Shown here one piece after another: positions 47,744 through 58,476 of a DNA stretch of 64,000 nt. This stretch comes from an uncultured Limnohabitans sp. GTDB lineage: Bacteria; Bacteroidota; Bacteroidia; Cytophagales; Cyclobacteriaceae. Under the pieces are notes generated by a model. It was not told the DNA's origin. It made no database searches and saw nothing but the letters and a program-made list of their open reading frames with translations. Position 1 is the first letter of the stretch. Each line of letters opens with the position of its first letter. Where the stretch lies: NCBI GenBank assembly GCA_964521585.1, contig CAZFSC010000004.1, forward strand, positions 1,397 through 65,396, in the 5' to 3' direction. The position numbers were made by a program, and so were the translations under genes.

Positions 47744-50700
47744 AAAAGCTGATTGGTTTTTTTATTACTAATTCAGTATTGGTCAATTTACTGATTGTAC
47801 TCATTATCATTTTTGGGATTATGAGTGCCAGTAGATTGACTTCCTCATTTTTTCCTGAGCAATCCACCAAATTCATTTTTGTGGAGGCAGTTTATCCGGG
47901 GGCTTCTCCCGAAGAAATTGAAAAGGGGATCACTTTAAAAGTTGAAGATAATCTGGAAGGAATAAGCGGAATCGATCGGGTGACGTCCACTTCTTCCGAA
48001 AACAGTGCTCTGATTCAAATCGAGCTTCTTCCGAAAGCAGATGCCAATGAAGTGCTACAGGAGGTGAGAAATGCGGTGGATAGAATTTCTTCTTTCCCCG
48101 AGCAAATGGAGCGAATCACCACCTACAAGCAGGAGATGGTCAATTTCACGGCCAAAGTGGCTTTGAGTGGAGCCGTCCCTTTACGTGCATTGAAGGAGAC
48201 CGCTAAGAAGGTTGAGGATGATTTCAGGGATTTTAAGGAATTGTCAAAAATAGAATTGAGCGGATTCACACTGGAAGAAATTGAAATTGAGATCTTAGAA
48301 AATAAACTCCGGGCATACGGAATAACTTTTCAGGAAGTCTCTGATGCAGTGCGACAAAATAATATTAACATCACCGGAGGAACAATCAGGGGGGATCGTC
48401 GAGAAGTTATTATCCGCGCTAAGAATAGGGATTATTTTGCAAGCGGTTTTGAAGATATTGTAGTTAGATCAAGCTCGGATGGAAGCTTGATTCGACTCAG
48501 TGATCTCGCGGAAGTGAAAAATACCTGGTCTGAAGACACTGATCGAGCCATTTTCAGCGACGAGCCTGCAGTGATCATCACGGTAAATACCACCAACAGG
48601 GAAAATATTCTCGAAGCCGCAGCATTTATTCGTGACTACATCGAGAAGTTCAACCAGGAGAACTCAGTGATCAAAGCCACTATGGTCCGCGATTATACAG
48701 AAAGTCTGCGGGAGCGGATTGCCTTATTGGAAAAAAACGGCATCATGGGGGCCGTTTTGGTTATGATCATCCTCACTTTGTTTCTTCGGTTTAGATTGGC
48801 ATGGTGGGTTGCCCTAGGTATCCCGATTTCTTTCCTGGGCATGTTTATTTTTGCAGGATTTTATGGGCTGACGATCAATGTGCTTTCTCTTTTTGGGATG
48901 ATTCTCGTGCTGGGAATTTTAGTGGACGATGGGGTGATCGTCGGAGAGAATATTTTTCAACACCACGAGGATGGAGAATCCAACACAAATGCTGCAATCA
49001 ATGGAACCATAGAAGTATTCCCATCTGTACTGGCTGCGATCAGTACGACTGCAGTTGCTTTTAGCGTGTTTTTTCTTATTATAGGCCAGTTAGGGGAGTT
49101 TTTTTCGGATGTTTCCTTTGTGGTCATAGCTTCTTTGGTAGTTTCCCTCATTGAGGTCATGCTGTTTCTTCCAGCGCATTTGGCACACAGCAAGGATCTG
49201 AAGAAAAATTATAAAGCTCCCAAATGGAAACGGAAAATCTCGGATTTTTTGCTTTTAGTCAGAGATAAGTCGTACAAGCCATTTCTAGAATTTGTTACTA
49301 AAAACACGATTTTTTACCTTTTTATCATTCTTGCATTATTTGTCATCACTTTTTCTGCTGTGACGGGAGGAGTGATCCGGACTGCATTTTTCCCTCAGAT
49401 AGAAGACAATGTAATCTTGGCCACACTGGAAATGCCCGCCGGAACACCAGACAGCATAACGCAATTGAAAATTACCCAAGTTCAAGAGGCAGCTTTCCGC
49501 CTTAATGATAAATATAAAGAAGAGCTTGGCATCGATACCAGTATGATCAAAAATGTAGAATTGATCATTGGCCCTACCAAGAATAAGGCAACAGCTAATA
49601 TCTACTTACTCAGTGCAGAAGCCCGTGAAATCGAAAGTTTCCGGATTTCTTCGGATCTGCGCAAAATGGTAGGTGGAATCGCTGGAGCTAATCGTTTTTC
49701 TATTACTACAGAATCTCCTTTTGGGAAGCCCGTATCAATTTCCCTAACATCCTCAGATTTTAAAGAGCTACGGAGGGCTAAGGATGAGCTGAAACAGGAA
49801 CTTGAAAGCTGGGATGAGCTCACAGATATTATCGATACTGATCGCGAGAATCAGCCTGAAGTAAACATCACCTTGAATGAGAATGGTAAGCTACTTGGCC
49901 TTGACCTGATGATGATCGCGCAGCAGGTAAGAAATGGATTCTTTGGCAGAGAAGCTCAGCGACTCCAGCGTGGGGAAGACGAGGTCAAAGTGTGGGTGCG
50001 CTATCAGATAAAGGACCGAAAGGATATTGAATCCCTAAAAAGAATGCGGATAACCACACCGAATGGTGGTTCGTATCCATTGGAGACAGTTGCCAACATC
50101 ACCGAGCAGGAAGGATTGATCAGTATTAATCATCGCGCTGGGAAAAGAGAAATCAGTGTAGAGGCAGAGATGGCCAATCAGGAAGCTTCGGCTCCGGAGC
50201 AGATTGAGCGTATCCGAACCGAAGTGATGCCAAAAATCCAAGCAAAATACCCTGGTATCAATTATTTATTTGAAGGGCAGGTTCGCGAAACCCGGAAACT
50301 TCAGGAATCTTTGAATCGGTCCGGTCCAGCGATCCTACTGTTGATGTTAGGCGTGATTATTTTCACCTTTCGATCCTTCAGTCAGGGAATCGTCCTCGTG
50401 CTGCTTATTCCATTCGGTGTCATCGGAGCTGTTTGGGGACATTTTATTCATTCTATTCCGATAAGTATCCTTTCGATGTTAGGTTTTGTGGCATTGATCG
50501 GTATTTTGCTGAACGATGGTTTGGTCTTTGTCAATGCTTTCAACAGGGAATTAGGAAAGGGCAAAGACTTTCACAAAGCTCTGATCAATACCGGTGTTTC
50601 TCGTTTCCGGCCGATTGTCCTGACTACACTGACAACTGCCGGAGGACTGGGGCCGCTTATTTTTGAAGAAAGTCTACAGGCCCAATTTCTTATTCCTATG

Positions 50701-50898
50701 GCAGTCACAGTTGCTTACGGGTTATTAATAGGATCCTTTTTACTTGCCACAGTTTTACCAGTGTTTCTGATAATATCAAACAGAGTCAAGTTGAATGCAG
50801 TACAATTTTGGACAGGGGAGAAGTATGATCCGGAATGGATGGAAAGATCCTATCGTAAAGGGCATCGAGTAAGAACTAAAAAAGAAGAGGATGAATAG
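47740..50898 (+). CDS. RND efflux permease (AcrB/AcrD/AcrF family)
   Basis: 1052 aa; YPGASPEEIE, GILVDDG..VGENI and RFRPIVLTTLTT. Confidence 0.95.
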   Translation: MKKLIGFFITNSVLVNLLIVLIIIFGIMSASRLTSSFFPEQSTKFIFVEAVYPGASPEEIEKGITLKVEDNLEGISGIDRVTSTSSENSALIQIELLPKADANEVLQEVRNAVDRISSFPEQMERITTYKQEMVNFTAKVALSGAVPLRALKETAKKVEDDFRDFKELSKIELSGFTLEEIEIEILENKLRAYGITFQEVSDAVRQNNINITGGTIRGDRREVIIRAKNRDYFASGFEDIVVRSSSDGSLIRLSDLAEVKNTWSEDTDRAIFSDEPAVIITVNTTNRENILEAAAFIRDYIEKFNQENSVIKATMVRDYTESLRERIALLEKNGIMGAVLVMIILTLFLRFRLAWWVALGIPISFLGMFIFAGFYGLTINVLSLFGMILVLGILVDDGVIVGENIFQHHEDGESNTNAAINGTIEVFPSVLAAISTTAVAFSVFFLIIGQLGEFFSDVSFVVIASLVVSLIEVMLFLPAHLAHSKDLKKNYKAPKWKRKISDFLLLVRDKSYKPFLEFVTKNTIFYLFIILALFVITFSAVTGGVIRTAFFPQIEDNVILATLEMPAGTPDSITQLKITQVQEAAFRLNDKYKEELGIDTSMIKNVELIIGPTKNKATANIYLLSAEAREIESFRISSDLRKMVGGIAGANRFSITTESPFGKPVSISLTSSDFKELRRAKDELKQELESWDELTDIIDTDRENQPEVNITLNENGKLLGLDLMMIAQQVRNGFFGREAQRLQRGEDEVKVWVRYQIKDRKDIESLKRMRITTPNGGSYPLETVANITEQEGLISINHRAGKREISVEAEMANQEASAPEQIERIRTEVMPKIQAKYPGINYLFEGQVRETRKLQESLNRSGPAILLLMLGVIIFTFRSFSQGIVLVLLIPFGVIGAVWGHFIHSIPISILSMLGFVALIGILLNDGLVFVNAFNRELGKGKDFHKALINTGVSRFRPIVLTTLTTAGGLGPLIFEESLQAQFLIPMAVTVAYGLLIGSFLLATVLPVFLIISNRVKLNAVQFWTGEKYDPEWMERSYRKGHRVRTKKEEDE

Positions 50899-52231
50899 AA
50901 TTGCTATTTTACTTTTTTTACTCTTTAACAACCCATTGTGGGCGAAACAGTTGGTTGCCAACCAGGACTCACTTCCCATTTTGACTTTGGAGAATGCAAT
51001 TGAGGCATCCATTGCGGCAAATCATGAGATTATCATTTCAAGAAAAGAGGCTGAAAAGGCATCAAATAATAACTTTATCGGGAATGCTGACTTGCTCCCT
51101 TCGTTAAATGCCAATGGTGGTTATACCAGACAGTTGACAAATACCAACATAGAGTTTGCCAGTCCACAGCAAGAGCCTATTAATAGAGAAAATGCCAGAT
51201 CTACAGCTTTGAATGGATCGCTTAAGATCGATTATACCATCTTTGATGGATTGAGTAGATTTTACCGGCTGAATAGTCTGCAACTATTAGCAGATTTGAG
51301 CGGTGAAGAAATACGGATGGCCGTTGAGAATACGATTTTTGCGGTTTTGCAAAGATATTTTGATATAGCCCGCCTTACCGGCCAACTTAAAATTGCCCAA
51401 GAAGCAGCTACTATTACTAGCGAGCGACTGGAGAGAGCCAAAAGCAAATATGAGTTAGGGGCGATGGATATGCTTCAGGTGCTAAATGCCAAAGTTGATC
51501 TAAATACAGACAGCTTGAATGTGGCTCGGACCCTCCAAGAATTGTCGAATGCAAAACTGAGTCTTAAAGTGTTGATGGGAGAAGAGCCTAATGACCAATT
51601 TAGCGTGATTACCAGTTTTTTGATAGATGGGGCCTTAGACAAAGAAATTATTATTGATAAGGCTTTGTCCAATAATACTAACCTCATCCTTGCAAGGATG
51701 AATTCTGAAAACAGTGATTTGCAGCAAAAAATAGCGCAGGCTGGGCTTTATCCCGAACTGAATGCAAACTTCGGTTACGAATACAACGAGCAATCCACAG
51801 AGGCTGGTTTCCTCACTGCCCAGCAAAACTACGGATGGACCGGTGGTATACAGCTTTCCATCCCGATTTTTAATGGTAAAAAGCAACGCATATTGATTCA
51901 AAATGCAAAGATCGATCTTGAAATAAGTAAGGAACGATTGGAGCAGGCAAAACTCCAGGTCAGGCGGGATGTACTTGTTGCTTTTGAAAACTACAACAGC
52001 ATACTTTTTCAGCTTCGACTTTCCGCGGACAATTTAGAAACAGCGGAGCTTAGCCTGGAAAGAAGTGAAGAAAAATGGCAACTGGGCCAGTTGTCTGACA
52101 CTGAGCTTCGGACGGCGCAGGTCAATTTGATCCGTACTGCTAATGAAATCAATAATCTGAAAATTCAGGCCAAATTAGCAGAAATGCAGCTTCTCAAGTT
52201 GGCAGGTGTATTAGAACAAGAGGTTCAGTAA
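50891..52231 (+). CDS. TolC family outer-membrane factor
   Basis: LTLENAI..., LLPSL and IPIFNG; two OEP repeats. Confidence 0.92.
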   Translation: MNRIAILLFLLFNNPLWAKQLVANQDSLPILTLENAIEASIAANHEIIISRKEAEKASNNNFIGNADLLPSLNANGGYTRQLTNTNIEFASPQQEPINRENARSTALNGSLKIDYTIFDGLSRFYRLNSLQLLADLSGEEIRMAVENTIFAVLQRYFDIARLTGQLKIAQEAATITSERLERAKSKYELGAMDMLQVLNAKVDLNTDSLNVARTLQELSNAKLSLKVLMGEEPNDQFSVITSFLIDGALDKEIIIDKALSNNTNLILARMNSENSDLQQKIAQAGLYPELNANFGYEYNEQSTEAGFLTAQQNYGWTGGIQLSIPIFNGKKQRILIQNAKIDLEISKERLEQAKLQVRRDVLVAFENYNSILFQLRLSADNLETAELSLERSEEKWQLGQLSDTELRTAQVNLIRTANEINNLKIQAKLAEMQLLKLAGVLEQEVQ

Positions 52232-53034
52232 GCAATAGATAGAGTTTAGAATTTCTCTTCTGCCTGCCTATTCTTATGCAATTGAAGTCTGCGGACTTGA
52301 TTTTATTTTTATCAGAAAGCTTAAGTTTTATTATGGTTTCCATTCCTTGTAGGTTAATTATCCTTTTTGTAAGGACTGCAGTAATTAGTGTAGCCTATAT
52401 AGTTTAAAAGTAAGGAGTCGTAGGTTTGAGGAAAATATCCCCGCTGAGATATGTCCCAAAATATCCGGTGAAATGCAATCGGTTTTAGATAATAACATCT
52501 TCTTTATTGAAAAAATAATCTGTATGGGACGTTACTCGCTCAAATCGGTAATAGAGCTTCCATGAATTACCTGGGCTCAGTTCAGACGCCGCAGACGTGG
52601 TGTTCTTTATTAGTTATGAAAAATTATGCTATATGGCTGGGTTTTAATAAAAATGGGTGGAGGATACAGAATACCTAAAACTTATGAAGTCTGGTTTGAG
52701 TCATGCAATGGCTGATACGGATTTATATTTAGTCGGCGGTCAATAATATGATTTCTCATTTTCGTGTAGGGTGGAAACTTGTTCTCAAAATCAGGTGAAG
52801 TTTACCCAGCTGAAATTCACAATGTAAAATCTAGAAGCTCTTTTTCTCCGAAAATCTTATCCTGAAAATCCTTGATTTTCCAGATATATGCCGATACGTA
52901 ACTGAAATCCTCTCTAAGGTGCTGATTGAGACGGATTTTAAAAGTTGGGTAAATGAATGCATTTTTTTCAATGGAATAGCTTTTGAATTAGTATCTGCTA
53001 AATCTTAGATACTAAATTAAATTTAATTATACGT

Positions 53035-53838
53035 ATGAAAACGAAATCATTATTAATTGTCACAGCCTTGATGCTTGGAATTTTTAGCTGTCAAGAAAAA
53101 AAATCTGACTCAGAAGAAACTACGGCAATGGAATCTCAAACGGAAACTGTTCCAACTATCACGATTGAAAAACTGGAAAATTCCCCAGAATACGCGAATT
53201 CCAGTCTTAAGTTGAAATCTCCATCCAGTGATATGGTCAAAAGTGCAGGAGAAGTGGACTTTTCCTTTGAGGTAAAAAATTATGAATTGGGTACTCAGAC
53301 TGAAAAGAACGGAATGGCAGCACAACTGGCAAATTCCGAAAATGGCCAACATATTCACTTGATTATCGACAATGATCCCTATTCAGCACATTATGAACCC
53401 AATTTTAAGAAGGAGATGACTGCGGGGACACATTATGTGGTTGCCTTTCTTAGTAGATCATACCATGAATCTGTCAAGAACCCAAATTCATTTGTAGCCA
53501 AAAAGATGGTAATCGGTGAAGCTGGGAATGATATGGCTGTCAACTTACTCGAGCCAACATTAATTTACAGTCGTCCCAAAGGCGAATATGTCGGTGCGGA
53601 TACTGAAAATGTAATGTTGGATTTTTTCTTACTGAATACTACTCTTTCTGAAGACGGAAATAAAGTCCGGGCCAAAATCAATGGGCAGGAATTTATGTTG
53701 ACAGAATGGGCACCTTATGTAATGAAAGGACTTCCAAAAGGAGAGGTCACCATTCAGCTTGAGTTACTGGATGCCTCAGGGAATTTAATCCCCGGTGACT
53801 TCAATAATGTGACCCGAACTGTCACATTGAAAGAATAG
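53035..53838 (+). CDS. Lipoprotein with His-containing Ig-like domains (possible metal binding)
   Basis: Lipobox IFSC followed by QEKKSDSEE; HIHLIID, SAHY and YHES motifs. Confidence 0.75.
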   Translation: MKTKSLLIVTALMLGIFSCQEKKSDSEETTAMESQTETVPTITIEKLENSPEYANSSLKLKSPSSDMVKSAGEVDFSFEVKNYELGTQTEKNGMAAQLANSENGQHIHLIIDNDPYSAHYEPNFKKEMTAGTHYVVAFLSRSYHESVKNPNSFVAKKMVIGEAGNDMAVNLLEPTLIYSRPKGEYVGADTENVMLDFFLLNTTLSEDGNKVRAKINGQEFMLTEWAPYVMKGLPKGEVTIQLELLDASGNLIPGDFNNVTRTVTLKE

Positions 53839-53860
53839 GATCAATTTTATTTCTTTGAAC

Positions 53861-53894
53861 AAAAAAAACCATGCTTTAAGCATGGTTTTTTTTT
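53861..53894. terminator. Bidirectional terminator
   Basis: aaaaaaaaccatgct/agcatggttttttt between convergent genes. Confidence 0.85.
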
Positions 53895-54135
53895 GGTGTT
53901 TCTGTAATCGGTTCGGGTTGAAATCAGAAGTACGAATTGCTGTATTACTGCTGTTTAATTTTATGGAGATTATTGAATCTATAATCGAATGAGATAACAA
54001 CTCCAATTGCAATTCTTTTTGGATTGATTTAGTGTGAATAATATTTGGAGTAAGGAATTAAATTTTTTTGGGTTTTTCAGCTCTTGTATCAAAAAAACCG
54101 AATGCAATCAAACGAGATGAAATAATTCATTTTGA

Positions 54136-55479
54136 TTACCCGTTAAAAATCAATTTGAACGTGGTCCCCTGACCAGGGCTGGAGTTCACTTGGATGTTGC
54201 CCTTGTGTCTTCGCATGATTTGTTTTGAGAGGCTCAGACCGATACCGGAACCTTTCTTTTTGGTAGTGAAAAAGGGAATGAAAATTTTCCCGAGTGCTTC
54301 TTCTTCTATTCCTTTTCCCGTATCGCTCACCTCCAGGATGATTTTACCGGCCTCATCAATGTATGCTCTTAGGTTGATAATCTTTTCCTCCGCATCCTCA
54401 AGGGCATGGATGGCGTTTTGAGTGAGATTGATCAAAACCTGTTCTATCTGAGTCTGGTCACCAAATAAGACCAATTCGTTTGGGTTGAGCTCCTTGTTCA
54501 AAGTGATTTTTTGGTTTTCGATCTGATGATGCAAAAGCATTTCGAGTTGATCGAATAGCTTCCTGATTGCAATTGTTCCAAATTTTGGCGCCGGTATATG
54601 GGCCAAAGATCTGAAATCAGATACAAAACTGGTCAGTCCTTGACTTCGTTTTTCTATAGTAGAAATCCCCATCAGGTAATCTTCCAAATCCTGGGATGAA
54701 ATAGTGGAGACATTATCTGTCTTTTTTTGCAAATCGTCCTTGATCGTTCCGGCGAGTGAGGAGATTGGCGCAATACTATTCATGATCTCATGGGTTAGAA
54801 TTTTCACGAGATTCTGCCAGGCTTCCATTTCCTTTTCTTCCAATTCAGATTGGATGTTTTGCAAAGAGACCAATTTGAATTTTTCCCCTCGCATCAGCAA
54901 TTCGATCACATAGACTGACAGTTGCATGATCCCATCAGGATGAGCAATTTTGATCAACTCACTCCCACCTGTTTTAAGATGATGAATTGCCAGGTGAAGT
55001 TCCTTGTTGATACCTTCGATTTCATTAATGTGAATCAAGTTTTCCACATTAAGAATCCGCTTGGCGGCAGTATTGACGATTTGGATTTGTCCGTTTTCAC
55101 CAAATGTGATCAAGCCAATACTAAGATGTTTGAATACAGATCTGAAATACTGATAATTAGCTTCTTTTTCAGCTTGATCTTCTTTTAGCTTAGCAAGGAT
55201 TGCATTAAACTCAATGTGCAGCTCATCAGTTTCTGTTCCGTCAAATTTCACCGGATAGAGCTGCGAATATTTATCCTGCTTGATATTATCTAGAAACGTT
55301 CGGACTTTTTGAAAAGAACTCTGGGAATAGCGAAGTAGGTAGATGATCTGAAAAATCACCAAGATCAACAAAAGGGAAATCATAAAGACGCCCCAATCGT
55401 CGAAGATAGTATAGGCAAGAAGAAAAAGGGAAGCGGCCAAGAAAGCAATCCTCCCCAATAGGCCGACTTTATAGTCCAT
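54136..55479 (-). CDS. Sensor histidine kinase (PAS, NtrY-like)
   Basis: Two TMs, H-box THEIMNS, N-box NLTQNA, and DTGKG / GSGIGL. Confidence 0.93.
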   Translation of the reverse strand: MDYKVGLLGRIAFLAASLFLLAYTIFDDWGVFMISLLLILVIFQIIYLLRYSQSSFQKVRTFLDNIKQDKYSQLYPVKFDGTETDELHIEFNAILAKLKEDQAEKEANYQYFRSVFKHLSIGLITFGENGQIQIVNTAAKRILNVENLIHINEIEGINKELHLAIHHLKTGGSELIKIAHPDGIMQLSVYVIELLMRGEKFKLVSLQNIQSELEEKEMEAWQNLVKILTHEIMNSIAPISSLAGTIKDDLQKKTDNVSTISSQDLEDYLMGISTIEKRSQGLTSFVSDFRSLAHIPAPKFGTIAIRKLFDQLEMLLHHQIENQKITLNKELNPNELVLFGDQTQIEQVLINLTQNAIHALEDAEEKIINLRAYIDEAGKIILEVSDTGKGIEEEALGKIFIPFFTTKKKGSGIGLSLSKQIMRRHKGNIQVNSSPGQGTTFKLIFNG

Positions 55480-56851
55480 ATTTTTCCAATCTTCTGTAGA
55501 GCGAAGCGCGAGTCAACCCAAGTTCTTTAGCTGCTTTGGATATGTTTCCTCCATTTTTGTCGATCGCCCTTTGGATTGTGGTTTGCTCCATATCGTTTAG
55601 ATTCAGAGTGACTGCTTGGGGAGCTTTGTCGGATGCGGGCTTAGCAGAAAGGAAAAAGAAGTCCCTCGAATCCAATTCGCTTCCTTCGGCCATAATAATC
55701 GCTCGCTCGATGGCATGCTGAAGTTCCCGGATATTACCTGGCCAGCCGTACCGCTGCAGCAGATCCAAAGCCGAAGGAGTAAAACCTTTGAATTCTTTTC
55801 TGTATTTCTGAGCGTAATTTTTCAGGAAGTGATTGGCCAAAATAGGGATGTCATCCTGTCGCTCTCTTAAAGGAGGAAGGAAAATCTCTACCGTATTGAT
55901 CCGATACAGTAAATCCTGGCGAAAGGTGTTTTCCATGACCATGTCATGCACATGCATATTAGTTGCACAGATCAATCGGATGTCTACTGGAATGGATTTG
56001 TTGGTACCAATGCGGGTGACCTCCCGTTTTTGCAAAACCGTTAAAAGCTTGGATTGCAGTGGCATCGAGAGATTTCCTATTTCATCTAAAAATAAGGTTC
56101 CATTGTCAGCTACCTCGAATCGGCCTGCACGATCTTCCTTGGCATCGGTAAAGGCACCTCGCTTATGTCCGAATAACTCAGACTCAAACAAAGATTCCGT
56201 AATTGAGCCCATATCCACCCCAACGAAAATTTCATCCTTGCGATGAGACCGCTCGTGAATAGCCCGGGCGATCAATTCTTTACCGGTTCCGTTTTCCCCC
56301 AAAATCAAAATATTAGCATCCGTCTGCGCGACTTTATCGATGATTGAAAAAATATTTTTCATCGAAGCAGATTGACCAATGATATCGCTGTATGGTTTTT
56401 TGAGATCGGTCTGAAGTTGCTTTTGTTTTTTCTGAAGCTTATCTACCTCGTTGTAACTTTCCTTCAGCTTGACCGCCGAGGAAAGAGTTGCAATCAGCTT
56501 TTCATTTTGCCAGGGTTTCAGGATAAAATCAGTCGCACCTTCTTTTAAGGCCTGTACGGCCATTTCCACGTCTCCAAAAGCTGTGATTAAGATGACTACC
56601 GCTTTGGGATCAATTTCCTTAATCTCTTTGAGCCAATGAAAGCCCTCTTTACCGGAAGTGGTATCCTCCCGGAAATTCATGTCTAGCAAGATTACATCAT
56701 AACTGTTGTTATTGATCAAAAAAGGAATTCGACGTGGATCTTTTTCGATGGTAACTTCTTTTGCATGCTTTTTCAGCAGCATTTTAGCAGCAAATAGTAA
56801 GTCTTCGTTGTCGTCTATGATTAGAATTTTTCCTAAATCTTGATTTTCCAT
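55469..56851 (-). CDS. Sigma-54-dependent response regulator (NtrC family)
   Basis: Receiver (DD, LLDM, KPW), GENGTGKE, ESELFGH.RGAFTDA, WPGNIREL and Fis-type HTH. Confidence 0.95.
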   Translation of the reverse strand: MENQDLGKILIIDDNEDLLFAAKMLLKKHAKEVTIEKDPRRIPFLINNNSYDVILLDMNFREDTTSGKEGFHWLKEIKEIDPKAVVILITAFGDVEMAVQALKEGATDFILKPWQNEKLIATLSSAVKLKESYNEVDKLQKKQKQLQTDLKKPYSDIIGQSASMKNIFSIIDKVAQTDANILILGENGTGKELIARAIHERSHRKDEIFVGVDMGSITESLFESELFGHKRGAFTDAKEDRAGRFEVADNGTLFLDEIGNLSMPLQSKLLTVLQKREVTRIGTNKSIPVDIRLICATNMHVHDMVMENTFRQDLLYRINTVEIFLPPLRERQDDIPILANHFLKNYAQKYRKEFKGFTPSALDLLQRYGWPGNIRELQHAIERAIIMAEGSELDSRDFFFLSAKPASDKAPQAVTLNLNDMEQTTIQRAIDKNGGNISKAAKELGLTRASLYRRLEKYGL

Positions 56852-56931
56852 GGTTGATTATTTTGCAGATGTAATGGGAAAATAATGCCAAGACGAATAT
56901 AAGGGCTTTTAGGGGACTTTAAGTAAAAATG

Positions 56932-56968
56932 TGTACGGAATTGTACAGTTTTATCCTGAAATCGGACA
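56932..56968. promoter_or_regulatory. Tandem palindromic sites upstream of the sigma-54 regulator
   Basis: TGTACGGAATTGTACA (56932-56947) and TATCCTGAAATCGGACA (56952-56968). Confidence 0.5.
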
Positions 56969-57033
56969 GAATAGAAAGGGTTTCATGCCCTCCTAGAATT
57001 TTGTAACTTTGTGGTTTACTAAATCAAAAGAAT

Positions 57034-57462
57034 ATGCAAGCTAAAAAAGGAGATGCAGTTGAAGTGCATTATACCGGCAAATTAGAAGACGGAAGTGTGT
57101 TTGATACTTCTGTGTCAAGAGCTCCACTTGGATTTACATTAGGCGATGGCAATATGATCAAAGGCTTTGATTCCGCAGTTTATGGCATGGAGATCGGAGA
57201 TAAAAAAACAGTCACTATCCCCGCAGCAGAAGCCTACGGAGAGCGAAGAGAAGATATGATGATCGATGTGCCTGTTGCTCAGGTGCCCGCAGATATCAAT
57301 CCGGAAGTAGGAATGACCCTACAGCTTCAAGGTGCCAACGGGCAGCCGATGCCAGTGGTAGTCACTCAGGTAGATGAGGAGAAAATCACCTTGGATGCAA
57401 ATCATCAATTGGCAGGAAAAGATCTGATTTTCGATATTGAACTGGTGAAAATCGGAAAGTAA
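57034..57462 (+). CDS. FKBP-type peptidyl-prolyl isomerase (SlyD-like, no His tail)
   Basis: VHYTGKLEDGSVFD, EAYG and DANHQLAGK.L.F; TAACTTTG -7 element at 57004-57011. Confidence 0.93.
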   Translation: MQAKKGDAVEVHYTGKLEDGSVFDTSVSRAPLGFTLGDGNMIKGFDSAVYGMEIGDKKTVTIPAAEAYGERREDMMIDVPVAQVPADINPEVGMTLQLQGANGQPMPVVVTQVDEEKITLDANHQLAGKDLIFDIELVKIGK

Positions 57463-57479
57463 TCACTCAATCCAATTTT

Positions 57480-57512
57480 AAAAAGCAGATTCAGAAATGG
57501 ATCTGCTTTTTT
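57480..57512 (+). terminator. Terminator (possibly bidirectional)
   Basis: aaaagcagat/atctgctttt stem with T-tract. Confidence 0.8.
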
Positions 57513-57645
57513 ATTTTATGTCTCATCACTTACTGGATCCTGCTGGGAATTTAGAGGATAAGACTGGCGGGTAGGAAAATTCATTGGGGAGAGAATTTGA
57601 ATCGAACATAAGTTTCAATAAAAAAAACTGTCATTGGAAACGGGA

Positions 57646-58476
57646 TCATTCCAGAGTTTTCAACCACTTGGGTGACTCAAATAAAAACAGCTTGTCTTTT
57701 CCAGCCAAAGCAATCCGCTCTTGACCTACTTGAATTGTATTAAATTCAAACGGGGGTACGGGGACCAACTTGCGTATGGCTTGGGTCTGGAGAGAAACTG
57801 ACCATAGGTAGCCTCCTTCTATCCAGAGTAAATGTTCCCTGAAATAGCACATCCGCTGGTCGATCTTCAATGGGATTTTTTTGATCAAGTTTGCTTGATT
57901 GTCAAATAGGTAGACTCCTTCCTTTGGAATATTCATAAACAGTCTGTTTTGAAATTCCCGAATCTCACGCACCTCCAAATCATTTGATTTCAAAATGAGG
58001 TTCAGAGGCTGACTATGTTTAATCAGATTCCGAAGGTAGTCCAAAGACTTTAGGCTCAAATCCGATTCATCCCAAACCCAGATCACATTGTTGTTGCCTA
58101 GGCTGGCTGCTTTGGCCAAGTTGATATCTGTCAATTGAAAACCTTTTTCTGCCAAAGGATTCAGAAATCGATCTAAGATTCGATATTCTTGAAGATCTGC
58201 AGAAAAGCTGAAAATATTGACAGTCCATGCAGCTTCGAGTTGATTCAATCTGCCTTGACGGGTAGGGGAAAAGAGGTTTTGTGGCGTACCATACCAGTCA
58301 TATTGAAAGATATCTCCGGTAGTCGTACTTAAATAAAGATTGTCCTTTGTATCAAACGACACTAAATCCAGGTTGGGAAGTGAAATAATGGCAATAGGAT
58401 CGCCTAATTCATCATGCTGCTGACCGGTTAATCGGTAGGGAACAAGAAATATTACAAGCCAGATGAATTTTTTCAT
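57646..58476 (-). CDS. Exported hypothetical protein, probable beta-propeller
   Basis: Signal-like N-terminus; ATGA coupling to lpxH; LDRFLN and IWVWD motifs. Confidence 0.7.
   Translation of the reverse strand: MKKFIWLVIFLVPYRLTGQQHDELGDPIAIISLPNLDLVSFDTKDNLYLSTTTGDIFQYDWYGTPQNLFSPTRQGRLNQLEAAWTVNIFSFSADLQEYRILDRFLNPLAEKGFQLTDINLAKAASLGNNNVIWVWDESDLSLKSLDYLRNLIKHSQPLNLILKSNDLEVREIREFQNRLFMNIPKEGVYLFDNQANLIKKIPLKIDQRMCYFREHLLWIEGGYLWSVSLQTQAIRKLVPVPPFEFNTIQVGQERIALAGKDKLFLFESPKWLKTLE

Noticed and set aside
55469-56851. GAFTDA instead of GAFTGA as a sign of a sigma-54-independent regulator
   Set aside because: To my knowledge GAFTDA is a common variant in Bacteroidota enhancer-binding proteins, so it is not evidence of novelty on its own.
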